Part shown: positions 1 to 8,430 of the stretch, in pieces | Position numbering within the stretch: the stretch's first letter is position 1 | Layout of the letters: every line of letters starts with the position of its first letter | Assembly (NCBI GenBank): GCA_036489445.1 | Contig: DASXFV010000038.1 | Coordinates: 4,720-68,719 of the forward strand | Source of the DNA: Steroidobacteraceae bacterium | Lineage (GTDB): Bacteria > Pseudomonadota > Gammaproteobacteria > Steroidobacterales > Steroidobacteraceae | Length of the DNA: 64,000 nucleotides | Reading direction: 5' to 3' | Position numbers and translations under genes: made by a program | The notes under the pieces: generated by a model | The model's input: the letters and a program-made list of their open reading frames with translations, nothing else | Database searches by the model: none | Told to the model about the DNA's origin: nothing

Positions 1-444
1 CTGGTCGAACAGCGTATGGTCGTCCAGGATGTGGCGGCGGATTGGCATCAGGGCTTTGATCCCTCGCTGTGCTGGTTCTGGTTCACGCTGGCTGAGGGAG
101 TTGATCCGCATCATGCGCGCGACATCATTGACGCGGAGCTGGTGGGTGTCGCCGCCGGGGGTCTGACCGACGCGGACCTGAAGCGCGCGCGCAATCTGAA
201 TGCCGCCGGATTCTGGAAGCAGCTGTCGACCATCGACGGCAAGGCGCATCTGCTGGGCGAGTACGAGGCACTGCGCGGTGGCTGGCACAAGCTGTTCCGG
301 GCACCCGAGGAGCATGCGCAGGTGTCGCGCGAGGAGATCTGCGCTGCGGCGCGCTGCTTGCTCAATCCGCGACGGCGCACCGTCGGCATGCTGCTGCCGC
401 AGTCCGAGAGCGAGGGAGCCGCAGCGGACGATCAGGAATGTTGA
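1..444 (+). CDS. M16 (pitrilysin) family peptidase, C-terminal part (5' end outside window)
   Basis: Frame 1 is open from base 1 (track ORF 16..444). The C-terminal M16-like sequence is followed by a 7-nt overlap with a second M16 paralog, the usual paired-subunit layout. Confidence 0.75.
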   Translation: MVEQRMVVQDVAADWHQGFDPSLCWFWFTLAEGVDPHHARDIIDAELVGVAAGGLTDADLKRARNLNAAGFWKQLSTIDGKAHLLGEYEALRGGWHKLFRAPEEHAQVSREEICAAARCLLNPRRRTVGMLLPQSESEGAAADDQEC

Positions 445-1835
445 GTCCGGAAGCTGCCGTGGGACCGTCGCTCGCGCGGATCATCGAGCTGGATCGCAAG
501 GGCTTTGGCGTTCCGGCGCACGAGCGCATCGTGCTGGCCAATGGCATGACGCTGATTATCGTGCCGCGACGGGACGTGCCGCTCGTGGCCTTTCAACTAC
601 TGGTCCGAGGCGGCGCGCTGGGCGATCCGACCGATCGCGCGGGCGTGGCCAGTCTCACCGCGGGCTTGCTGGACAAGGGTGCCGGCGAGCGCGACGCCGC
701 GGCCTTCGCCGAGGGCGTGGAAGGGGCCGGTGGCAGCTTTGCGGCGAGTGTCGGGCCGGAATGCCTGAGTATCAGCGGCCAGTTCCTGGCTCAGGATCAG
801 GAGCAAATGCTGGAACTGCTGGCGGACGCCGTCGTCGCGCCGCACTTTTCAGCGGCGGAGTTCGCTCGGCAGCGAGTGCGTCAGATCGGACACATCCGCT
901 CGCTGAAGGACTCTGATCCTTCCGAACTGCTGCCGCTGTACGGGCGCGCGGCGCTGTTCGGTGCGCATCCTTACGGCCAGCCTGCCGGTGGCAGCGAAGA
1001 CTCGTTGCAGGCTGTCACCCTCAAGGACGTGCTCGACTATCACAGGGCGCACATTGGCGCGGATCGGGCCGTACTGGTGGTGGCAGGCGATGTGGATGTC
1101 GCGTGGCTGAAGGCGGTGGTGGAACGGCGCTTTGCGGCCTGGCGGCCGGCGACGGTACCCTTGCCGCACCTGGAACCGACGGTGAGATTGCGCCGCCGGC
1201 GTGTGCTGCTGGTCGACGCGCCGGGCTCGGCGCAATCATATTTCTGGCTGGGCGCCACAGGCCTGGATCGCGCCTATCCGCAGCGCGCCGCGCTTGATCT
1301 GGTGAATTCGCTGTTTGGCGGACGCTTCACGTCCCTGCTGAACTCCGAGCTGCGCATCAGGTCCGGCCTGTCCTATGGCGCGAGTTCCGGTTTCACCCGG
1401 GGTCGTGTCGCCGGCGAATTCGCCATCCGCAGCTTCGCGGAGACCCGGCACACGGTGCGGGCGATTGATCTGGCGCTGCGGACCTTGGCGCGCCTGAAAC
1501 GTGAGGGCATCACGCAGACGATGCTGGACTCCACTCGGGCCTACGTGATCGGCCAGTACCCGATGCATCTGGAAACGGCCGCGGACTGGGCGGCACAGCT
1601 GGCGGAGCTGGAACTGTATGGACTGGATCCGCAATATATCGAAGGCTATGGGCCGGCACTGCGCAGTGCCAGCCTCGAGGACGCGCGCCAGGTGATCCAG
1701 CAGGCGTTTCCGCTCGGGCGGCAACTCGCGGTAGTGGTGATCGGTGATGCGGCGCTGGTAGGCGACCGGCTGCAGCGCTACGGGCCCATGCAGCAGATTG
1801 CGCTGGCTGCTGGCAGCTTTGCGGCCAAAGATTAG
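438..1835 (+). CDS. M16 family peptidase-like protein, probably the non-catalytic partner
   Basis: 465-aa ORF with ATG at 438. M16 fold-like sequence (VPLVAFQLLVRGGALGDP..GVASLTAGLLDKGAG). No HxxEH zinc motif is visible where the active subunit would carry it. Confidence 0.8.
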   Translation: MLSPEAAVGPSLARIIELDRKGFGVPAHERIVLANGMTLIIVPRRDVPLVAFQLLVRGGALGDPTDRAGVASLTAGLLDKGAGERDAAAFAEGVEGAGGSFAASVGPECLSISGQFLAQDQEQMLELLADAVVAPHFSAAEFARQRVRQIGHIRSLKDSDPSELLPLYGRAALFGAHPYGQPAGGSEDSLQAVTLKDVLDYHRAHIGADRAVLVVAGDVDVAWLKAVVERRFAAWRPATVPLPHLEPTVRLRRRRVLLVDAPGSAQSYFWLGATGLDRAYPQRAALDLVNSLFGGRFTSLLNSELRIRSGLSYGASSGFTRGRVAGEFAIRSFAETRHTVRAIDLALRTLARLKREGITQTMLDSTRAYVIGQYPMHLETAADWAAQLAELELYGLDPQYIEGYGPALRSASLEDARQVIQQAFPLGRQLAVVVIGDAALVGDRLQRYGPMQQIALAAGSFAAKD

Positions 1836-1892
1836 CAGCCCCTCAACTGGGCCAGCTGACCCCCGGAGGGCTCCGGCTGGCGCCGGACGGGA

Positions 1893-1922
1893 TTGAAAGG
1901 GAGGGGGGTCAGTCCCCAATAT
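1893..1922 (+). promoter_or_regulatory. putative sigma-32 (heat-shock) type promoter upstream of cbpA
   Basis: TTGAAA (1893-1898), 15 nt spacer, CCCCAATAT (1914-1922), 40 nt before the cbpA ATG. Resembles the E. coli sigma-32 consensus CTTGAAA / CCCCATNT. Imperfect -10. Confidence 0.3.
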
Positions 1923-1961
1923 GGTTCAATACTTTGAATTTGGACCGCGACCCCACACGAC

Positions 1962-2942
1962 ATGGAATTTCGCGACTACTACCAGACCCTTGGCCTGGAG
2001 CGCAGTGCCTCCGCGGACGAGATCCGCAAGGCTTACCGCCGCATGGCCCGCAAGTATCACCCTGACGTCAGCAAGGAAGCCGACGCACTCGAGCGCTTCA
2101 AGCAGGTCCAAGAGGCCTACGAGGTCCTGAAGGATCAGAAGAAGCGCGCGGCCTACGACCAGCTGGGAGCCAACTGGAAGCAGGGTGAACAGTTCCGACC
2201 GCCGCCGGACTTTGGGGCTGGCTTTGATTTTGGTCGTGGCCGGCGCAGCCGCGTGCACTCGGCTGGCGGCGCGGGCACTGCGGACGGCTCTGAATTCGCA
2301 GGGAGTGCGGAGTTCAGCGACTTCTTTTCCTCACTGTTCGGCGGGGCCGAGCAACCCTTTGCAGGTGCGGGCGGCGCACGCCGCCGCAACGGTCGTGACC
2401 AGCACGCCAGCATCGAACTGGACCTGGAGGAGGCGCATCGCGGCGTCGTGCGTAATGTGACCCTGCAGCAGGGGTCCGCCGCTGGCGGGACGTCAGGTAT
2501 CGAACGGACGCTGCGCGTCACGCTGCCCGCGGGAGTCACTGAAGGTCAGTCGCTGCGCCTGGCCGGCCAGGGTGAGCCGGCCCCGGGCAAGGGCGGCCGC
2601 GCCGGCGATCTGTATCTGACCGTGCACCTGCGGGCGCACCGGAACCTGGAGCTGGATGGCCGGGACGTGAAGCTGACCCTGCCGGTGGCACCCTGGGAGG
2701 CCGCGCTCGGGGCAACCCTCACTGTGCCGACGTTGGGTGGCCCGGTGGATCTGCGGATCCCACCGCAATCACAATCAGGCAGCCGACTGCGGCTACGGGG
2801 CCGGGGTCTGGCGGGTGAACCGCCGGGTGATCAGTACGTGGTGTTGAAGGTGGTGCTGCCGCCGGCGGATACGCCGGCCGCGCGCGAGCTGTACGAGAAG
2901 ATGCGCTCGGAACTGGCATTCGATCCGCGCGCCACCCTTTAG
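1962..2942 (+). CDS. cbpA: curved-DNA-binding DnaJ-like co-chaperone CbpA
   Basis: N-terminal J domain (YYQTLGLERSASADEIRKAYRRMARKYHPDVSKE). No CxxCxGxG zinc-finger region. C-terminal DnaJ substrate-binding domains (DLYLTVHLRAH..VAPWEAALGATLTVPTL) are collinear with E. coli CbpA. Confidence 0.88.
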   Translation: MEFRDYYQTLGLERSASADEIRKAYRRMARKYHPDVSKEADALERFKQVQEAYEVLKDQKKRAAYDQLGANWKQGEQFRPPPDFGAGFDFGRGRRSRVHSAGGAGTADGSEFAGSAEFSDFFSSLFGGAEQPFAGAGGARRRNGRDQHASIELDLEEAHRGVVRNVTLQQGSAAGGTSGIERTLRVTLPAGVTEGQSLRLAGQGEPAPGKGGRAGDLYLTVHLRAHRNLELDGRDVKLTLPVAPWEAALGATLTVPTLGGPVDLRIPPQSQSGSRLRLRGRGLAGEPPGDQYVVLKVVLPPADTPAARELYEKMRSELAFDPRATL

Positions 2943-2964
2943 GTAGGCGCGCGGACCACTCACG

Positions 2965-3384
2965 CTACTCGCACAGACTTTCCAGGTAACCCTGCGCAAC
3001 CGGTGAGAGCCGCTTGCGGGCAAGTTCACGCGCCTTGGGCACATCCACAATGTATTCCAGTGGCCCTGTCACCAGGATCCGGCGGATCTGTGGGTGTCTG
3101 GCCGAGGCTCGGGCCATCTTGTTGAGGACGGTGAAACCGCGCGCGATCTTGCCGGGGGAAGCCCGGTTGGTCTCGATGACGCGGGCGAGGTACTGCCCGA
3201 AACGGGAGTACAGGAAAAAATCATCATCTCCGACCTGGAAGCGCGCTTCCGCAAAAAAGTCGGGAAAGTTCTTCTCTAGATATTGAGAAACTCGTTGAAG
3301 ACGGGGCCCAGGGTCGCTACTGCTCGACGCTTTGCGGTTCTTCATCACTGTTCTCGCTACACCTCCGAGGGTCCAAACAACCAT
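2965..3384 (-). CDS. hypothetical cytoplasmic protein (start uncertain; alternative ATG at 3345)
   Basis: 139-aa ORF that is visibly less GC-rich than its neighbours (A/T runs at 3215-3290). I recognise no motif. It is the only sizeable ORF in this gap. Confidence 0.45.
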   Translation of the reverse strand: MVVWTLGGVARTVMKNRKASSSSDPGPRLQRVSQYLEKNFPDFFAEARFQVGDDDFFLYSRFGQYLARVIETNRASPGKIARGFTVLNKMARASARHPQIRRILVTGPLEYIVDVPKARELARKRLSPVAQGYLESLCE

Positions 3385-3618
3385 TTCTGGGCGTCACGAG
3401 CGGTACCACACCTCGCAACGCGGCGCGAAAGTTACGGCACTTGGCGTGGTGATGCAATAGGTTTTTTGGAGAACTTCACCACGATTTTGTCAGCCGCCCG
3501 CCGACTGGCCCGCGCTCGCGGCTGCGCCGGCGCCAAAGTGCCATAATGTCTGCACTATCACGGGTCCGGCCACGCACCGTGCCCAGCTTCCAGATCATTC
3601 ATTGCCAAGCAGACGCAC

Positions 3619-4365
3619 TTGCAGTCTTCCAGCTTTAAGCCCTGCGCCATCGTCCCGGTGTTCGACCACGAGCACGCCGTGGGGCGCGTCGTTGCAGCGG
3701 TGCGGGCCGCTGGGATGCCGTGCCTGCTGGTGGATGATGGCTCGGGTGAAGTCTGCGCCCGTGAGCTGGATCGGCTGGCCGCGACTGTGGCGCAGACCTG
3801 GGTGTTGCGTCTGTCCACCAACAGCGGCAAGGGCGCGGCGATGCTCGCAGGCTTCGCGGCCGCGTGGCAGCGCGGCTATACCCATGGGTTGCAGGTGGAT
3901 GCCGATGGTCAGCATGCCCTGGAGGACAGTGCGGCCTTCATCGAGGCGGCGCGCCGCTATCCTGCGGCGCTCATTTGCGGACGGCCGGTGTTCGATCAGA
4001 GCATGCCCGCCGTCCGGCGCTATGGCCGGTACCTGACGCATAGCCTGGTGTGGCTGAATACGCTGTCATTGTCGATCCCGGATTCGCTGTGCGGCTTCCG
4101 CGTCTATCCGCTGGCGGCCGTCATGAGCCTGATCGCACAGGAGTACATTGGCCGGCGCATGGATTTCGATGTGGAGATCATCGTGCGCTTGCACTGGCGC
4201 GGGGTGCCGATGCGATGGCTTCCGACGGCAGTCACCTACCCGTTGGATGGGGTCTCGCACTTTCGCATGTTCCGGGACAACGCACGCATGGTGGCGCTGC
4301 AGTTGCGGCTGTTCGCCGGCATGCTGGCACGGCTGCCGCGCCTGCTGGCGCGCAGATTCCAATGA
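3619..4365 (+). CDS. family 2 glycosyltransferase (APE cluster, ApeJ-like)
   Basis: TTG start. GT2 N-terminal signature (CAIVPVFDHEHAV...LLVDDGSGE). The stop overlaps the next start (ATGA at 4362). Confidence 0.85.
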   Translation: MQSSSFKPCAIVPVFDHEHAVGRVVAAVRAAGMPCLLVDDGSGEVCARELDRLAATVAQTWVLRLSTNSGKGAAMLAGFAAAWQRGYTHGLQVDADGQHALEDSAAFIEAARRYPAALICGRPVFDQSMPAVRRYGRYLTHSLVWLNTLSLSIPDSLCGFRVYPLAAVMSLIAQEYIGRRMDFDVEIIVRLHWRGVPMRWLPTAVTYPLDGVSHFRMFRDNARMVALQLRLFAGMLARLPRLLARRFQ

Positions 4366-5333
4366 ACGGGCCCGTCGCCCGTCGCGGCAGTCAGGCCTCC
4401 TGGGCGGCCACGCGCGAACGTGGCGCGCTCGTCACGATGTGGCTGATGTTCCATACCGTGAAGCTGCTCTCGGGACCTCTGGCGATGCCGTTTGTCTACC
4501 TGTCGACGGCCTATTTCTTTGTCTCCAGCCGACGCGCCCGGGCGGCCTCGCGCGATTATCTGACCCGGGTGGCCGCGGCGGCGCCGGAGCGCGGCCTGGA
4601 TGCCGGACTGCTGAATGTCTACCGACATTTCCTGAGCTTCGCGCGGGCCATCGTGGACAAGCAGGATGCGTGGCTGGGTCGCATCGACTATTCGCAGGTC
4701 GGCATTGAGGACCATGCAGCCATGCGCGCCATGGCACAGGGCCCGCGCGGAGTGCTGCTGATCGGCTCCCACCTTGGAAATCTTGAGCTGTGCCGTGCGC
4801 TCGCGACCTTGAACCGCCGTGTCAGGCTCAATGTCCTGGTCCACACGCGCCACTCCAAGAGCTTCAATCAGATCCTGCGCATGGCGGGGGCGACGCAGGT
4901 GGAGCTGCTGCAGGTCACCGAGCTGTCGGTGGCGACCGCCTTGATGCTGAAGAGTCGGATCGCGCAGGGCGAGTGGGTGGTCATCGCCGGGGACCGGGTG
5001 CCGGTTCACGGGGGTCGCACGGTGGATGTACAGTTGCTGGGCGCTCCGGCGCCCGTGCCGGTGGGCCCCTACGTGCTGGCCTCGGTGCTGGAGTGCCCGG
5101 TGCATCTGCTGTTCTGCCTGCGGCGCCCTGGAGGCTACCGGGTGTTCTTCGAGCCCTTCTGCACGCAGGTGCGCTGGCAGCGGTCGCAACGGGATGCAAT
5201 CATTGCTGATCTGGCGCAACGTTTTGCCGCCCGTCTGGAGCACTATTTGCTGATGGAACCGTTGCAGTGGTTCAATTTCTACCGGTTCTGGGGCACTCCA
5301 GCCTCCCGGCGTGACAGTAGCGGCGCCCCATGA
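4362..5333 (+). CDS. LpxL/HtrB-like lysophospholipid acyltransferase (APE cluster, ApeD-like)
   Basis: Internal ATG at 4362 of track ORF 4050..5333, chosen because it is translationally coupled to the GT2 stop. HX4E acyltransferase motif (GSHLGNLEL). Confidence 0.75.
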   Translation: MNGPVARRGSQASWAATRERGALVTMWLMFHTVKLLSGPLAMPFVYLSTAYFFVSSRRARAASRDYLTRVAAAAPERGLDAGLLNVYRHFLSFARAIVDKQDAWLGRIDYSQVGIEDHAAMRAMAQGPRGVLLIGSHLGNLELCRALATLNRRVRLNVLVHTRHSKSFNQILRMAGATQVELLQVTELSVATALMLKSRIAQGEWVVIAGDRVPVHGGRTVDVQLLGAPAPVPVGPYVLASVLECPVHLLFCLRRPGGYRVFFEPFCTQVRWQRSQRDAIIADLAQRFAARLEHYLLMEPLQWFNFYRFWGTPASRRDSSGAP

Positions 5334-6058
5334 GCGATACCGTGTTCGTGACCGGCTCCAGTCGCGGCATCGGCCGCGCCATCGCGCTGCGCCTGGCCAA
5401 CGATGGCTATGAAGTGGTGGTGCATTGCCGAACACGCCGGGCCGAGGCCGAGCAGGTCGCCGATGGCATCCGCCACATGGGTCGTCGGGCCCGCGTGCTG
5501 CAATTTGACGTGGGCGACCGTATCGCCTGCGCCAGTGCGCTGGCCGAAGATATCGAGACCAACGGCACTTACTATGGCGTGGTCTGCAACGCCGGACACG
5601 CGCGCGATGACGCCTTTCCCGCGATGACGGGTGAGACCTGGGACAGCGTGGTCCATGGCAACCTGGACGGCTTTTACAACGTGCTGCATCCCCTGGTCAT
5701 GGCCATGGTGCGGCGTCGGGCCCCGGGGCGCATCATTACCCTGTCATCGGCCTCCGGCGTCATGGGCACTCGCGGCCAGACCAACTACAGCGCCGCCAAG
5801 GCCGGCATCATCGGCGCCACCAAGGCGCTCGCCCTGGAGCTGGCGCGTCGCCAGATCACTGTCAATTGCGTGGCGCCTGGGTTCATCCACACCGACATGC
5901 TGCAGGCCCAGCATCCGCTCGAGGAGGCCGTCAAGGCCATACCCATGCAGCGCGCCGGAACGGTGGACGAGGTGGCCGCGGTCGTGAGTTTCCTGATCTC
6001 ACCCGATGCGTCCTACATCACGCGGCAGGTGATCGACGTCAACGGCGGCTTGTACTGA
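5330..6058 (+). CDS. SDR-family 3-oxoacyl-ACP reductase (FabG-like, ApeQ-like)
   Basis: TGSSRGIGRAIA cofactor motif and a YSAAK active-site motif. ATGA overlap with the upstream gene. Confidence 0.9.
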   Translation: MSDTVFVTGSSRGIGRAIALRLANDGYEVVVHCRTRRAEAEQVADGIRHMGRRARVLQFDVGDRIACASALAEDIETNGTYYGVVCNAGHARDDAFPAMTGETWDSVVHGNLDGFYNVLHPLVMAMVRRRAPGRIITLSSASGVMGTRGQTNYSAAKAGIIGATKALALELARRQITVNCVAPGFIHTDMLQAQHPLEEAVKAIPMQRAGTVDEVAAVVSFLISPDASYITRQVIDVNGGLY

Positions 6059-6071
6059 AGCGCGCCGAACC

Positions 6072-7427
6072 GTGTCGCAAACGCTGCCCCTGATCGCCGG
6101 GTTCGATGCCGCGGCGCCCCTGCTGTGGCAGGGCGGCGCGCCCCTCACGTCGGGGCAGTTTCTGGGGCGCGTGATGGTTCTGGCGCAGGCGCTGCCGCCG
6201 CAACCCTACCTGGTGAATCTGTGTGAGCAGCGGGCGAATTTCCTGGTCGCCTGGTGCGCCGCGGCCGTGCGGGGTCAGACCAATCTGCTGCCTGCATCGC
6301 GGGCGCCGCAGGTGATCGCCGATGCCCAGGCCGGCTATGGCGAGAACCACATTGTCGATGATCAGGTGGTGCTGCGGGCGCTGGCGCGCGGCACCCCTGG
6401 GCGCAGCCCGGCGATGCCGCAGATCGCCGTGGACCACATCACCCAGATCGGGTTCACGTCGGGCTCCACCGGCACGCCGACGGCTCATGCCAAGCGCTGG
6501 GGCAGCCTGCATTTCAACACTCGCTTCAACGCCGAGCGCATCCGCGAATGTCTGGGCGGATCGGTCGTGGCAGCGGCGAACATCGTGGCCACCGTGCCGC
6601 CACAGCATATGTACGGGACCGAGACCTCGGTGCTGCTGCCGTTGCTGGCGAGCATGGCTGTGCACGAGGGTCGACCGCTGTTTCCCGGCGATGTGGCAGC
6701 CGCCCTGGCGGAGGTTCCGGCACCGCGGGTACTGGTCACCACCCCGGTGCACCTGCGGGCGCTACTGGCCTCGAGCCAGGACTTTCCAGCCCTGGCGGTG
6801 GTCGTCTCCGCCACGGCACCCATGGATGCGGCGCTGGCACAGCAGGTCGGCGCGCGCTTGCAGGCTCCCTTGTTGGAGATGTTCGGTTCCACCGAAACCT
6901 GCGTGATTGCCACCCGGCTGACGGCACGCGAGAACGCCTGGCGCCTTTACCCGGGAGTCAGCATCGAGCCTGCGGCGGATCACACCTGGGTGCGCGCTGC
7001 GTGGTTTGACCAGGCCACGCGGCTGCAGGATGTAGTGGAGGTTTGCGCCTCGGGTCACATGCTGCTGCGCGGCCGGAATGTCGACATGATTGAGATCGCG
7101 GGCAAGCGCGCCTCATTGGTGGATCTGACACGGCGACTGCTCGACATTCCGGGCGTTCGGGATGCGGTGATGTTCCAGCCCGCGGACTCCGAAGCGGCGG
7201 CCCAGGGAGTGGGGCGGGTACACCGCGTGGCAGCGGCCGTCGTCGCGCCCACCTTGAGCGCCCACGACATCCTCACTGCCATGGCGCAGGGCGTGGATCC
7301 GGTGTTCCTGCCCAGACCGTTGCTGCTGGTTGCGGAGCTGCCGCGCAATGAGTTGGGCAAGACCGGCCGCGCCGAGTTGCTGCGGCTGCTGCGGCTGCTG
7401 TGGCACTCGCCGGACGGCGCGCCCTAG
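6072..7427 (+). CDS. adenylate-forming aryl-acid:ACP ligase (XanA2/ApeH-like AMP-ligase)
   Basis: GTG start. AMP-binding motif GFTSGSTGTPTAHAKRW. Located in the APE cluster next to the chorismatase. Confidence 0.8.
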   Translation: MSQTLPLIAGFDAAAPLLWQGGAPLTSGQFLGRVMVLAQALPPQPYLVNLCEQRANFLVAWCAAAVRGQTNLLPASRAPQVIADAQAGYGENHIVDDQVVLRALARGTPGRSPAMPQIAVDHITQIGFTSGSTGTPTAHAKRWGSLHFNTRFNAERIRECLGGSVVAAANIVATVPPQHMYGTETSVLLPLLASMAVHEGRPLFPGDVAAALAEVPAPRVLVTTPVHLRALLASSQDFPALAVVVSATAPMDAALAQQVGARLQAPLLEMFGSTETCVIATRLTARENAWRLYPGVSIEPAADHTWVRAAWFDQATRLQDVVEVCASGHMLLRGRNVDMIEIAGKRASLVDLTRRLLDIPGVRDAVMFQPADSEAAAQGVGRVHRVAAAVVAPTLSAHDILTAMAQGVDPVFLPRPLLLVAELPRNELGKTGRAELLRLLRLLWHSPDGAP

Positions 7428-8383
7428 GCGCCGGGCCCGAAGTGCGCGGCATCGATTTCCACCACCAGTTCGCGCCGGCAGATGTCCGCGGCCAGCACCA
7501 GGATCTGGACCCGGGCGGGCAGCTGAGCGCGCAGATAAGCGCTCACGAACCCCGCCGCGGCCGGCTCGCGCACATAGACCTTGAGCACTGTCCCGCACCC
7601 GGACTGCAACAGCGTCGAGCCGCCGCTGGCCTGCCGCAGGCTGCCCAGGTTGCGCAGGATCTCATCCAGCTGCGCGGGCAGGTCATGGGGGTGGTGCGAG
7701 GCGTGGCCGAGCACGCTGGCGGTACCGGAGATCAGCAGCCCACCGCTGACCAGCACGGCACGCGAGAAGCATGGCGGCGACGGCCCGTACTGGCGCGGGT
7801 ATCGGTAAGCACTCACCTGGCGCGGATTTTCTATGGCCCGACCGGGCTCGCTGCTGGCCAGCCAATACACCTGCAGCAGGCCGCTCCGGTCCTGGCGTCC
7901 CACGGCAGTGGCCGCCGGCCATGAGGGCTCAGCCTGCCCATGAAAACCCGCCGCCCGACCGCTGCAGAAGCGCTTGTAGCGCTCCGCATCACCGTGTCCG
8001 GAATTGATGTCGGAAAAATAGTTGTACATGCGCAGCAGATGACGGTGACCGCTGCGCGCCGTGAAGCGGCAGATGGCGCCATACGCCTCTGCCGCTGCAG
8101 CCTCAAGGCTGCCGGCGGCCTGTTCATCGATCTGCACGCCGCCGGCCAGGAAGTGTCCACCGGTGGCGAAGTGGATGGCACCGTCGCGGCCGGGCTCGAC
8201 CGGGCCATCGGCATGCCACAGTTCAGTCATGCCGGTACCCACCAGCACCGGCAGATTCACATGGATACGCAGTCCGTGCTGCGCTGAGTCGATTGCTGCG
8301 GTCTGCAGTCGGGTGCCGAAGCTGATTGCGCACAGCACCGTGGGCGGCAGCGGCTCCGCGGCGCCCAGCCGCCGGTATTCCAT
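7424..8383 (-). CDS. xanB2: FkbO/Hyg5-family chorismatase (XanB2-like, hydroxybenzoate-forming)
   Basis: Track ORF 7424..8899 trimmed to the ATG at 8383 (MEYRRLG...). C-terminal RidA/YjgF-like part (LLISGTASVLGHASHHPHDLPAQLDEILRNL) is typical of FkbO/XanB2 chorismatases. Confidence 0.75.
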   Translation of the reverse strand: MEYRRLGAAEPLPPTVLCAISFGTRLQTAAIDSAQHGLRIHVNLPVLVGTGMTELWHADGPVEPGRDGAIHFATGGHFLAGGVQIDEQAAGSLEAAAAEAYGAICRFTARSGHRHLLRMYNYFSDINSGHGDAERYKRFCSGRAAGFHGQAEPSWPAATAVGRQDRSGLLQVYWLASSEPGRAIENPRQVSAYRYPRQYGPSPPCFSRAVLVSGGLLISGTASVLGHASHHPHDLPAQLDEILRNLGSLRQASGGSTLLQSGCGTVLKVYVREPAAAGFVSAYLRAQLPARVQILVLAADICRRELVVEIDAAHFGPGA

Positions 8384-8430
8384 GGACGGCAGGCCGCTCG
8401 GCAGGACACTGCTCGCGGCCCGCGGGCGGC

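Noticed and set aside
7380-7400. 9-nt tandem repeat (ctgcggctg x2 plus ctg) at the 3' end of the AMP-ligase gene, encoding LLRLLRLLW.
   Set aside because: There are only about 2.3 copies and they are in frame. This is most simply a Leu/Arg-rich amphipathic C-terminal helix, not a meaningful repeat locus.
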